Below are positions 18,951-28,509 of a stretch of 64,000 nt of DNA, in pieces; position 1 is the stretch's first letter; the number at the start of each line of letters is the position of its first letter. The notes under the pieces are model-generated. The model was not told the origin of the DNA, did not search any database, and saw nothing but the letters and a program-made list of their open reading frames with translations. The DNA is from an uncultured Gammaproteobacteria bacterium (lineage in GTDB: Bacteria; Patescibacteriota; Patescibacteriia; SG8-24), in NCBI GenBank assembly GCA_964491475.1, contig CAZBFO010000005.1, positions 64,841 through 128,840 of the forward strand. The letters run 5' to 3'. Made by a program: the position numbers and the translations under genes.

Positions 18951-19793
18951 CTACTCCGCGATGATCATGACCTTCGCGCCCTTGAGCACGTTGCCGCCGT
19001 TCCAGTCGTGGATGGCGTTCCAGAGCACGTCGTTCTTGTAAGCGTAGTCCGCGCCGAGGCGGGTGCCGGGATCGTTGGTGATGACGGTCGTCTTGGTGAA
19101 GCCCTTGGCCACCAGCATGTGGTACGGCGGTCCGCCGTTCTTGAAATTCGGGTTGTAGAGCAGTTTGCCGGAAGAGGGGAGCATCACCGGGAAACCTTTG
19201 GCAATTTCGCGTTTCACGTCGTCGAGCGAGGTGATGGGCACGACTTTGGCGGTCTTGAGGCCCAGGAAGTCGCGCATGACGGCGGCAGTGTCGGCTGCCG
19301 AGGTGCTCTGCCATCCGTTCGCGCCGAACGTCTTGGTTTCGTAGGCCACGATGTCTTTCAATTTCTGCTCCATGTCATCGAGTGACATCGATGAGACGTC
19401 GCCGAGATACGCCTGCATCATCGCCATCGATGCTTCTTCGCAGGCGTCCTCATGCAGCGTGTCCCAGTTCTTTTTGGGCGCCTGCGGGACGAACAGGACC
19501 GACAGGTTCAGCGTGTCAGGAATCGCGACAGCGACGGGCTTGGGTTCGGGTTTCGGCGCGGCGGCGTTCACGTTTGCGGAAGGCGCCGGCTTCGGCGCGG
19601 CGGAGTTGACGTTGATGCCCGCGGTGCGTGCCGCATCCTGCTGCGCTTCCTTGCGCGAAATCGCCGTCGGTACCGGTCCGCGGTCCCATTTTCCGTAGGC
19701 CTCGCGCAGTTCGCTGCGGAATTGGAACACGGCGCCCATGAAAGCGGCGATGGAGAGCGCGAGGACGACGAGCAGTGCGACGGTCTTCTTCAT
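18951..19793 (-). CDS. C39-like cysteine peptidase, membrane-anchored
   Basis: FVPQAP, ACEEAS, HMLVAKG, NDPG motifs; N-terminal TM. Confidence 0.85.
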   Translation of the reverse strand: MKKTVALLVVLALSIAAFMGAVFQFRSELREAYGKWDRGPVPTAISRKEAQQDAARTAGINVNSAAPKPAPSANVNAAAPKPEPKPVAVAIPDTLNLSVLFVPQAPKKNWDTLHEDACEEASMAMMQAYLGDVSSMSLDDMEQKLKDIVAYETKTFGANGWQSTSAADTAAVMRDFLGLKTAKVVPITSLDDVKREIAKGFPVMLPSSGKLLYNPNFKNGGPPYHMLVAKGFTKTTVITNDPGTRLGADYAYKNDVLWNAIHDWNGGNVLKGAKVMIIAE

Positions 19794-19883
19794 AAGAAGT
19801 TTTTCGGTCAATGAGGCCATTCTACCTTGACGGCGGCCTTTTTTCAACGCACACTGACGACATTTCCCCTTATCTTCACACCT

Positions 19884-20126
19884 ATGGCAGAAAAGAAACC
19901 CCTGACGATCTCCAAAATCGTCATTGACCGCGACCTGTGCATCGGTGCCGCCACCTGCGTCACCATCGCGCCGAACACCTTCCAGATGGACGACGAGAAC
20001 AAGGCGATTCTCATCAATGCCACCGGCGACGACGCGGAGACGATCCTGGCCGGAGCCGAGTCCTGCCCGACCAAGGCGATTTTCCTGTACGACGAGAACG
20101 GCGAACAGATCTATCCTTACGCGTAA
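19884..20126 (+). CDS. Single-cluster ferredoxin (3Fe-4S type)
   Basis: CIGAATC...CPTKAI. Confidence 0.9.
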   Translation: MAEKKPLTISKIVIDRDLCIGAATCVTIAPNTFQMDDENKAILINATGDDAETILAGAESCPTKAIFLYDENGEQIYPYA

Positions 20127-21353
20127 ATGAGCCAGCACGTCGACTACCTGATCATCGGCGGAGGCATTGCGGGCGTCACCGCGGCGGAGAACATCCGCGC
20201 GCGCGACGCGAATGGCACGATCCGCATCCTCGGCCAGGAAAAGCACGCGTTGTATTCACGCGTGCTTTTGCCGCACGTCGTGCGCGGCCAAGTGCCGGAG
20301 CAGAAGGCGTTTTTGCGCACTCCCAACGCGCTTCCCGACAAGCGAATCGACTACGTCACCGGTGTGCGAGTCGCAAGCGTCGTTCCGGGGCGCCGTGTCG
20401 CCGTCCTTGCCGACGGCACCGAGCAAAGCTACGGCAAGCTGCTCATCGCCGCGGGCGGCACCTCTCGCAGGCTCGATTGCCCCGGTGCCAAGGACGCCAA
20501 CTGCATTTACCTGCAGACGCTCGATGATGCGCGCCAGTTGCGCGCCGCGTCCGGCACCGCCAAGGCGCTCGTTTACGGTGCCGGTTTCAGCGCGCTGGAA
20601 CTGGTGATGTCGTTCGTGCATCACGGCGCACCGGTGACGGCAGTGGTCCGCGGCGACGGGTTTTTCTCGCGCATACTCGACGCGGAATCCAAGAGGATGA
20701 TTCATTCGGCCCTCGAAAAGAGGGGAGTCCAAATCCTGACGCACAGGGAAATCCGCGGCGTCGAGGCCAAGGGCGGTCTCAAGGCCGTCCACCTGTCCGA
20801 CGGCAGCGTGCAGACCTGTACCGCGCTGGGCGTGGGCATCGGCATCGTACCCAACGTCGGTTTTTTGGCGGGGAGCGGCATCGTCGTCAACAAGGGCGTG
20901 CTCGCGGACGATCGCCTGCGGGCCTCCGCACCGGACGTGTTCGTCGCCGGTGACGTAGCCGAGTTCGAGGACCGCACCCTCGGCATGCGCCACGTGGTCG
21001 GCAACTGGCAGAACGCCATGTTCCAGGGAAAGACCGCCGGCCTGAACATGGCCGGGGACGACGTCGCTTTCGCGTCCGTCTCTTCATACAGCATCCCGAT
21101 TTACGACCTGCCGATGACCTTTGCCGGCGCGACCGATGCCGAAGGCACCGAGAAGATCGTCCGTCACACCGAAAAGGGCGCCATACTGCAGCTGATTTTC
21201 AAGAACGGCAAGCTCGTGGGCGCCACTTGCGTCGGTCCTTATTCCGATCGCACCGCCGTCAACGCGCTTTTGGCTGCCAAGCCGCCGCTTTCGGCAGCCG
21301 CCATGGCCGCCCTCCGGGACGGCAAAACCACACTTTCGTCGCTGGTCGGTTAG
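20127..21353 (+). CDS. FAD-dependent pyridine nucleotide oxidoreductase (ferredoxin/rubredoxin reductase-like)
   Basis: IIGGGIAG, LLIAAGG, VFVAGDVA; starts immediately after the ferredoxin stop. Confidence 0.9.
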   Translation: MSQHVDYLIIGGGIAGVTAAENIRARDANGTIRILGQEKHALYSRVLLPHVVRGQVPEQKAFLRTPNALPDKRIDYVTGVRVASVVPGRRVAVLADGTEQSYGKLLIAAGGTSRRLDCPGAKDANCIYLQTLDDARQLRAASGTAKALVYGAGFSALELVMSFVHHGAPVTAVVRGDGFFSRILDAESKRMIHSALEKRGVQILTHREIRGVEAKGGLKAVHLSDGSVQTCTALGVGIGIVPNVGFLAGSGIVVNKGVLADDRLRASAPDVFVAGDVAEFEDRTLGMRHVVGNWQNAMFQGKTAGLNMAGDDVAFASVSSYSIPIYDLPMTFAGATDAEGTEKIVRHTEKGAILQLIFKNGKLVGATCVGPYSDRTAVNALLAAKPPLSAAAMAALRDGKTTLSSLVG

Positions 21354-21401
21354 CTGCGGACCTCGGTTTCAGGTTTCCCGCCGCATAGGTATACTGGCGC
21401 C

Positions 21402-23075
21402 ATGAAATGGTTCGCAAAAATCCTCCCATCCAAGGGCATTGCAGGCGCTGATTATCTCGGCGTCTTTTTGCTGGTCTGCGTCATTTACGGATTCGTCAAC
21501 GCCTCATCGACTTTCCTCGACCCCGACTCGTTCTATCACCTGAAGATGACGGAACTGCTCTTGCACCGTGGCATCGTGCGCAATTTCGCGTGGTTGCCGT
21601 ACACGACGTTGGCTCACGCTTTCGCCGACCATCACTTCTTGTACCACGTCATCCTGATACCGTTTGTCACTTTTTACGGTCCGTTCGTGGGCGCAAAGGT
21701 CGCCACCGTGGCGCTGGCCGCCGTCGCAATCGTTGCCTTCTACGCGGCGTTGAAGGCCTACGATTGCAAGATGCCTTTCGTTTTCGCGATGCTGCTGGCG
21801 ACCTCGTCTTCGTTCATGTTCCGGATCAACCTGACCAAGACTTCCGCGATTTCCGTGGCCGTACTGATGCTGGCACTCATAGCGATCCGGCGGGAGAGCC
21901 TGCGGTCCCTGTTCTTCCTTTCCTGGGCATACGTGCTCCTTTACGGAGGCTGGCCGATATTTGGCGTCGTCGTCGGGTCGTTTTTGGCGGCGCGCGTGCT
22001 GGTCGACAGGTTGGTCGACCGGCATCCGTTGCATTCGTGGGGCCATCTTTGGTTTTGGCGCAGGCTCTTCGCGTTGCGGCGCAACGCCTGGGCGGACCTG
22101 CGGGCCTCCCGAGAGGTGCGCATGGCGGCAGCCGTCGTCGCGGGATTGACCTGCGGCGTCGTCGTCAACCCGTACTTCCCGGCAAATTTGCGCTTTTACT
22201 GGGAGCAGATCGTGCAGATTGCCGTGCTGAATTACCGCGACAAGATCGGCGTGGGCGCCGAATGGTATCCGTACCCGATTCCCGAGTTTTATACCGAGAA
22301 CAGCGTCATCTTCATCTGCGCCGCCCTGTGCATCCTGCTCCTGCTGATGATGATTTTCTGGAGCGACGTCACCAAGAGGTTTGCGCCGGCTGGGAATCGC
22401 CAGACCCTTTCCGCGAGGGTTGCCGTATCGATTTTGGCGATTTTTTTCATGGCAATGACGGTGCGCAGCCGCCGCCACGTGGAGTATTTCGTCCCGTTCG
22501 CCATGTTCGCCATTGCCCTCTTCTACTCATCCTTGGGGGCACGGGTCGATTGGAACGCGCTGTCCCGGAAGCTGCAGACTCTGCTCCCGGTGAGGATCAA
22601 GGACCAGCTTTCGCTGGGGGATTTGTCCTGCGCGTACATCACCGTGATGTTCCTGTTCCTGTGCACGCGCAACGTGCTCGGCACGCATGACACTTACGCC
22701 GGAGGCATCCCCTGGTCGCGTTTCTCGAAGGTGGCGGAGTGGACCAGGAACAATATTCCCGCCGGGGCCATCATCACCCACAGCGATTGGGACGAATTTC
22801 CGCCGCTGATGTATTACGACGACACGCATCGCTACATCTGCGGTCTCGATCCCACCTTTCTCTACCGCCAGGATCCCACCCGTTATTGGCTCTGGGTAAA
22901 CGTCAGTACGGGCAAAGTGGGGGAGAACGTGGGCGAAAAAGTTCGCGATGGCTTGGGTTCCCGCTATTTGCTGGTCGAGAGCAAACACGCGGAGATGCGG
23001 CGCGAGCTGGAACTCGACCCCTCCGTCGAGCGCCTATATAGCGATCAGGAAGCTTCGGTATACGCCGTCCGTTGA
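21402..23075 (+). CDS. Multi-TM protein, probable GT-C glycosyltransferase
   Basis: DPDSFYH after first TM, about 11 TMs, EW.P motif, C-terminal soluble domain. Confidence 0.7.
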   Translation: MKWFAKILPSKGIAGADYLGVFLLVCVIYGFVNASSTFLDPDSFYHLKMTELLLHRGIVRNFAWLPYTTLAHAFADHHFLYHVILIPFVTFYGPFVGAKVATVALAAVAIVAFYAALKAYDCKMPFVFAMLLATSSSFMFRINLTKTSAISVAVLMLALIAIRRESLRSLFFLSWAYVLLYGGWPIFGVVVGSFLAARVLVDRLVDRHPLHSWGHLWFWRRLFALRRNAWADLRASREVRMAAAVVAGLTCGVVVNPYFPANLRFYWEQIVQIAVLNYRDKIGVGAEWYPYPIPEFYTENSVIFICAALCILLLLMMIFWSDVTKRFAPAGNRQTLSARVAVSILAIFFMAMTVRSRRHVEYFVPFAMFAIALFYSSLGARVDWNALSRKLQTLLPVRIKDQLSLGDLSCAYITVMFLFLCTRNVLGTHDTYAGGIPWSRFSKVAEWTRNNIPAGAIITHSDWDEFPPLMYYDDTHRYICGLDPTFLYRQDPTRYWLWVNVSTGKVGENVGEKVRDGLGSRYLLVESKHAEMRRELELDPSVERLYSDQEASVYAVR

Positions 23076-23138
23076 CAAGAGTTGCCCGTACCGGGAAAAC
23101 AGGGGAAAATGGGCGGGTAATGACCTAGCCCAGCCCTC

Positions 23139-25508
23139 ATGCGCATCGTCATAGCGCTTCCCGTCCTGAATGAAGAAAAGGTGCTTGAATCGACCGTCCG
23201 TTCCCTCTTGCAATTCCTTTCATCCAGGCTCGCCCAGCATGCGGTGACCGTCGTCATCGCCGACAACGGCTCGACGGACGGCACCGAAACCGTGGGGAAA
23301 CGCTTGGAATCCTCGTTGTCTGGCGTGCGCTATCTTCGTATCGCGGAGCGCGGGAAAGGTCGGGCCATCCGTGAGGCCTGGGCGTCGGTAGAGGCCGACG
23401 CCTACGTGTTCATGGATGCGGACCTGGCGGTGGATTTGGCTGATTTGCCCGGATTGGTTTCCTGCATCGAGCGAGGCGCGGGCCTGTGCGTGGGGTCGCG
23501 CTACCTTCCCAAGTCCGAAGTTCGTCGTACCTTTCTGCGGAAACTGCTCTCGCGCGGCTATCGCGCGATGGTCGGTGCCGTGCTGGAGACTGACGTTTCC
23601 GACATTCCCTGCGGCTTCAAAGCCGTCAGCGCGGCAGTGGTGCGCGAAGTCGTCCCGCAGATCAAGGACGACCGGTGGTTTTTCGACACAGAACTGGTGG
23701 TGCGTGCCGAGCGTGCCGGGCATAAGATCGAGGAGGTGGCGGTGAAGTGGCACGAGCAGCACCCGCAAGGACGCAAGTCGCGCGTCCGCGTGTTCTCGCT
23801 CATACGCGAGTACGTCGCGCGAGTGTTCTCGCTCCGCCGCGAACTCGGTCCCAAGAAAATCGTTGAAGACCGAACGACCGTTCGCGGTCTTGTCCGCGCG
23901 GTCACGCGGGAGGAGCGCCGCTTGGCGCTGGGCGTCGCGGCCGCGATAGCGGTCGTCGGCCTGATTCCTCCGTTGTACGCATCGGCCACCGCAGGTTGGC
24001 ACGGCTACGAGTGGACCGGGAGGCAATACCTCTCGCCCGGCGACATGGCCGTGTACCTTTCTTATATTGCCCAGGCGAAAAGCGGCCGCCTGCTGTTCGA
24101 AAACTACGCCACCACCGAGCACCTTACTCCGGTGCTGAACGTCCTCTGGCTGGTCATCGGCTGGTTCGCGCGCCTTTTCGGCATGACGCCGTTGCTGGCC
24201 TTTCACGTCGCGCGAACGTTGCTGATTTTCCCTCTGGCAGCGGCCGTGTATCTGGCGCTGACCTACGTTTTCCCGACGCGCTCGGAGCGCACGGCGGGAT
24301 ACCTGCTGTTCATGCTGTCTTCGGGTGTCGGTCTGTATGCGGCACCCTTCCTGCGCGCGGCACATGTCACCGGCGGCAACTACCAGTGGCCGATAGACTT
24401 CTGGGTGGCCGAGTCGAATGCCTTCATGACGATGCTGTACAGCCCGCACTTTATCGCCTCGCTGACCCTCATCATCGTCGTTGCCGTCCTGCTGCTCATG
24501 GCCTTGGACGCGGAGAAGCCTGCGTATGGCGCCTGGGCCGGTTTGGCCGGCTTGGTCCTGTTCCAGTTCCATCCGTTCCATGCGCCGACGCTGTATTTTG
24601 TGGCGTTCCTGGCCGTCCTGCTGCGGACCAAGGCCAGCGGGTTCCGCCGCAAGCAGTGGTTCGCCGTGGCGCTTTTTTTCCTGCTTTCCGCCCCGTCGGT
24701 GGCGTACCACTACTGGCTGACGCATTGGACGCCGAACGCCGCGTTCATGCTGAAGAACAACGTCACGACCACGCCCAGCATCCAGTACGTGCTCATCGGC
24801 CTCGGCGTGGTCGTTCCCTTGGCAATCTTCGGTTGGTTCGCGTCCAAGGACGGTAAGTCGCTGACGCGCGATCATCGGCAATTTTTCGCCGCATGGGCCG
24901 TGGCGCAGTTCCTTCTCCTGTACGCGCCATTGGTGTTTCAGCGACGTCTGGTCGAGGGGCTGCAGTTCCCAATCGACGTGCTGACCGTCCCCGCACTCCT
25001 CGCCATCGCGGAGTCCCGGCATCTCAAGAAGGTCATGAATTCGGTCAGCATTGCGCTCATCGTGCCGGCGTTGTTCCTGCCGTCGACCTTCTCTACCCTC
25101 CAGAGGAGCATGCAGGCAGCCGACCGCAAGACCGACCGTGACGGGCTGTTCTTCTTCAGCGAGAGCGAATCCGCCATCCTCCGCACGCTGCGCAACAAGA
25201 CTTCGCCGAACGCAGTCGTGCTCTGCGGCATGAGTACCGGCAACGACGTCATCGGCTGGGGCGAACGCCGCACGTACGTGGGCCATTGGGCCAACACCGT
25301 CGACGGCGACAAAAAGCAGGCTGAAGTCGAGGATTTCTTCAAGCACATGACGAACGAGCAGCGAGCCGAGTTCGTGAAGACTCACGGCATCGACGTGGTG
25401 CTCATCAATCCCAAGGACGTCGGCATGAGCATCGTGCCGGTACAAGGGCCCACGTTCGGGTTCATCGGGCAGTTCGGCAATTACGCCGCCCTCTCGGTCC
25501 GTCGTTGA
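23139..25508 (+). CDS. GT2 (polyprenol-P sugar synthase-like) fused to a GT-C-like membrane domain
   Basis: PVLNEE, ADNGSTDGT, GKGRA, MDAD, CGFKA, FFDTE followed by ~500 aa multi-TM region with GDMAVY. Confidence 0.85.
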   Translation: MRIVIALPVLNEEKVLESTVRSLLQFLSSRLAQHAVTVVIADNGSTDGTETVGKRLESSLSGVRYLRIAERGKGRAIREAWASVEADAYVFMDADLAVDLADLPGLVSCIERGAGLCVGSRYLPKSEVRRTFLRKLLSRGYRAMVGAVLETDVSDIPCGFKAVSAAVVREVVPQIKDDRWFFDTELVVRAERAGHKIEEVAVKWHEQHPQGRKSRVRVFSLIREYVARVFSLRRELGPKKIVEDRTTVRGLVRAVTREERRLALGVAAAIAVVGLIPPLYASATAGWHGYEWTGRQYLSPGDMAVYLSYIAQAKSGRLLFENYATTEHLTPVLNVLWLVIGWFARLFGMTPLLAFHVARTLLIFPLAAAVYLALTYVFPTRSERTAGYLLFMLSSGVGLYAAPFLRAAHVTGGNYQWPIDFWVAESNAFMTMLYSPHFIASLTLIIVVAVLLLMALDAEKPAYGAWAGLAGLVLFQFHPFHAPTLYFVAFLAVLLRTKASGFRRKQWFAVALFFLLSAPSVAYHYWLTHWTPNAAFMLKNNVTTTPSIQYVLIGLGVVVPLAIFGWFASKDGKSLTRDHRQFFAAWAVAQFLLLYAPLVFQRRLVEGLQFPIDVLTVPALLAIAESRHLKKVMNSVSIALIVPALFLPSTFSTLQRSMQAADRKTDRDGLFFFSESESAILRTLRNKTSPNAVVLCGMSTGNDVIGWGERRTYVGHWANTVDGDKKQAEVEDFFKHMTNEQRAEFVKTHGIDVVLINPKDVGMSIVPVQGPTFGFIGQFGNYAALSVRR

Positions 25509-25551
25509 CAGTCGCATTGCGTCTCCGCTTCGCACGGCATACGATGCTTAT

Positions 25552-26280
25552 ATGAAAACGCTGGTCGTCATTCCCACTTACAATGAGCGAGAGAACATCG
25601 AGACGCTCGTTGTCACGATGCTCGAAGCGACTCCGAACGACGTCGCCATGCTCATCGTCGATGACGCCTCTCCCGATGGGACGGGCGAGATCGCCGACGT
25701 GTTGAGCATGCAGCACCGTGACCGCCTGTCCGTCCTGCACCGAAAGGGGAAGCTGGGTCTCGGCAGCGCCTATTTGGCCGGTTTTCGCTGCGCCATCGAT
25801 CGCGGATACGAAGCCGTCTGCGAGATGGACGCGGACGGTTCGCACGACCCGCACGCCGTCTCGAGGCTTCTGGCGCTCGTGGAGCAGGGTGCGGATCTTG
25901 CCATCGGTTCGCGTCGCGTGCCGGGCGGCAACGTCGTCGGTTGGGGGCCGCACCGGCACCTGATGAGCGGCGGGGCCATGTCCGTTGCCAGGCTGTTGTT
26001 GGGCCTGAAGACGCGGGACGTCACCTCCGGCTTCCGCTGCTACCGCGCCGCCCTTGCCGCCGAACTCCTTGCCCAGCCGATTGCCAGCAACGGCTACGCC
26101 TTTCAGGAAGAGACCCTCTTTTACGCCGAACGGCTCGGTTTCCGGGTGGTCGAAACGCCCATCGTCTTCCGGGACCGCCTGCGCGGCCGCTCCAAGCTGT
26201 CCTTGCGCGAAGTGGGGCAATTTTTCTCCACCATCGCCACGCTGCTCGGCACGAAGGTCGAGCGCCGTACCAAAAAATAA
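25552..26280 (+). CDS. Polyprenol monophosphomannose synthase (Ppm1/DPM1-like GT2)
   Basis: IPTYNE, VDDASPDGTG, GLGSAY, MDADGSH, TSGFRCY, GYAFQ. Confidence 0.92.
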   Translation: MKTLVVIPTYNERENIETLVVTMLEATPNDVAMLIVDDASPDGTGEIADVLSMQHRDRLSVLHRKGKLGLGSAYLAGFRCAIDRGYEAVCEMDADGSHDPHAVSRLLALVEQGADLAIGSRRVPGGNVVGWGPHRHLMSGGAMSVARLLLGLKTRDVTSGFRCYRAALAAELLAQPIASNGYAFQEETLFYAERLGFRVVETPIVFRDRLRGRSKLSLREVGQFFSTIATLLGTKVERRTKK

Positions 26281-26308
26281 GACGACCCGGCCTGTACCGG
26301 GTCGTCTT

Positions 26309-28270
26309 TCATTTCGGCTGGGCAAGTTGCGGCAGATCGAAAGTCGCCAGAACCACGTTCTGACCGGAGAATCGCACGGCTGTCCGCACGTCATCGAGCA
26401 CCAGCGCCGAATCCGTAGCCTCCAAAGTAGCTTGCGCACGAATCGGCCACGTAGCCCACTTCGGCACCGTGGCCGAGTATTGCGCGCTCACTCCGCCGTT
26501 TCGCAGGGCCCATGGCATGGGCGAATCGACCAGGATGGCATCATCTGCGACGGTTCTGCCGAGGGCGTCGGTGAGACGGTATCGCATGGTGCCGTTTTCA
26601 GGAATGCTCGTGCCGCTAAGGTCTATGGAAATCCGTACCTTTTTTCCGTACCCGCCCGAAATGGCATCTGCGTGCGGCGGCCCGGGCTTACCGTTTGCCC
26701 GCGTGGGCGGCGGCGCAAGGGATATGGGCGCGCTTGCGGTGGATCGGTCGTAAAGCGTCAGCGTCCCGTCAGAAAACACCGGAGTTCCGAGAACGGCCTC
26801 GATCCGCTTCCTCCAGCCGTCATAGTGCGGCGCTGCCCACGCTGTTTTCGGGAATTGCGCACGGTACGTGATCAAGTCATCGGCATCCATCGCCACCATG
26901 CGCAGGCCGTCTGGCGGCTCATACGATTTTTCGCCGAACTGCGTGACGCCCAAGGCCAAGTAGTGCAGCGAGGTCAGATGCTCACGCGAAGAGAGCGCGG
27001 GCAGCAGCGCGTAGCTGGCAGCGATGTTCGCGTCCGACGGCACGCGTTCCAACAGCGCCCAATCGCGTTGGGCACGCGCATAGGAAAGGCGGTCGGAAAG
27101 GGCACGGAACGCCACTGACGGCAGCGGACCCAGCGTCATCGCACCGTAAGCGGAACAAATGCCGAGCAGCAGAAAGGACGCCTTTACCGGATTGAGGTGC
27201 GACAGGAACCGGACGTACTTCCGGAAATAATAGGGTGCCACCTCCGCACCGTCGATGGCGGCAAGTGCCAGGGCAGGAATGAACAGCGTGGCGTAGTGGG
27301 TGTCGAGCACCACTTCGCCGCCGCCCGGAGCGCCAAGAATGATCTGCAGCAGCGGTCCCGCTGCCAACAGCAGCCGTTTGGGTTTGAGTACCGGAAACAA
27401 GGCAAACGGAAAAAGAAAGCCGAGCACCATCTCGAAATTTGCCAAGGTGAGAACGTGTCCAAGGACGCGGATCGGGTGCAGCACCATCGTTTTCAGCATC
27501 TCCAACGGTGTCGACCCGAGCCACCGGTAGTAGACCAGGTATTTGTATGATCCCTCCGGCGCAAAATGCCTGACGACCTGCATGGCTGCAAGGAACCAAG
27601 CCGCTCCGAGCATCAGCGGAGTCAGCCGCCACCAACGCGGTTTTTTTTCGATCCAAGCCAGGACTCCAATCATTGCCACGACAAGCGCCACGTCCTCGCG
27701 AACCGACAGCGCCAAGAGGCACCAGACCGCAAACGCTTTTTTGTCGCCCATTTCGTAGGCGAGCATTGCCATCAGCAGGGGAAGCGCGGCAAAGGCCAAC
27801 ACGTGGAACTCGAAGAGTCCTACGTTCTGCAGCGCGGGGTTCAGCAGGAAAGCCATCGTCATGGCCAACGCCGCCAGGGGGAATGCGGCAGAAACCCGCG
27901 CGGAGAACCGAAAGCGCGCAATGCGCCAAATCGGCCAGGCGCAGGCTGCCAGTGCCGCCGCCTGCATGGCCAGGAGCATTCGTGGATCCCTGCCGACGGC
28001 ATACACCGGCGACAGCCACAAGATGGCAAACTCCGCATGGTCACCGAGAGAAAGATGCGGATGTATGCTCTGAACAAACAATCGACCCCGTACCGTGTTC
28101 CAGAATAATTGGCTAAAATAAGCCAAATCTATGCCGTTATAGCCAAAAATGGCATATTTCCAAAAACAGGCGGCAGAAATGAGCAGCATAAAGCCAATAA
28201 TAAGGCTAATTACAGCCTTTTTTTCTTTTTTTTTGAGCCAGTCTAGGGCAAAAGTGATTTTGGCAATCAT
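26309..28270 (-). CDS. DUF2079-like membrane protein (GT-C-like)
   Basis: DLAYFSQ, LGDH, FEFH, VRED motifs; multi-TM. Confidence 0.8.
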   Translation of the reverse strand: MIAKITFALDWLKKKEKKAVISLIIGFMLLISAACFWKYAIFGYNGIDLAYFSQLFWNTVRGRLFVQSIHPHLSLGDHAEFAILWLSPVYAVGRDPRMLLAMQAAALAACAWPIWRIARFRFSARVSAAFPLAALAMTMAFLLNPALQNVGLFEFHVLAFAALPLLMAMLAYEMGDKKAFAVWCLLALSVREDVALVVAMIGVLAWIEKKPRWWRLTPLMLGAAWFLAAMQVVRHFAPEGSYKYLVYYRWLGSTPLEMLKTMVLHPIRVLGHVLTLANFEMVLGFLFPFALFPVLKPKRLLLAAGPLLQIILGAPGGGEVVLDTHYATLFIPALALAAIDGAEVAPYYFRKYVRFLSHLNPVKASFLLLGICSAYGAMTLGPLPSVAFRALSDRLSYARAQRDWALLERVPSDANIAASYALLPALSSREHLTSLHYLALGVTQFGEKSYEPPDGLRMVAMDADDLITYRAQFPKTAWAAPHYDGWRKRIEAVLGTPVFSDGTLTLYDRSTASAPISLAPPPTRANGKPGPPHADAISGGYGKKVRISIDLSGTSIPENGTMRYRLTDALGRTVADDAILVDSPMPWALRNGGVSAQYSATVPKWATWPIRAQATLEATDSALVLDDVRTAVRFSGQNVVLATFDLPQLAQPK

Positions 28271-28365
28271 GGGCTCAATATAGCCATTTTGTGGAGTATT
28301 GGCGAGTGCATTTTATGTCGCGGATTAGCCAAAAAAAGTGAGCCATTTTATGGCTTATTTTAGCC
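28111..28365. promoter_or_regulatory. Cluster of four GGCT-N6-AGCC palindromes
   Basis: Exact sites at 28111-28124, 28204-28217, 28272-28285, 28352-28365 in an AT-rich tract. Confidence 0.6.
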
Positions 28366-28386
28366 AATAAATACTACTTGTCACCC

Positions 28387-28415
28387 TTGACAAAAGGGTC
28401 ATTTTATGCTATAGT
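28387..28415 (+). promoter_or_regulatory. Sigma70-type promoter
   Basis: TTGACA-17-TATAGT with extended TG. Confidence 0.8.
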
Positions 28416-28509
28416 GGTTCGTTACGATGTCATGGTGACAATCGTGGCAGCGTAACCGGCAAATCAGCCGACCGTTCACTGACAATCCAACGCATACAGG
28501 GAGACAGTC

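Noticed and set aside
23220-25535. 771-aa antisense ORF, and similar ones at 15548..17224, 17461..19314, 37739..39691, 35309..36817 and 51870..53192
   Set aside because: Shadow frames of high-GC genes that have clear motifs on the opposite strand; no motifs of their own
28100-28370. CRISPR array or DnaA-box origin
   Set aside because: Repeats are short palindromes with irregular spacing; no cas genes and no TTATCCACA cluster here (one isolated match near 33211)
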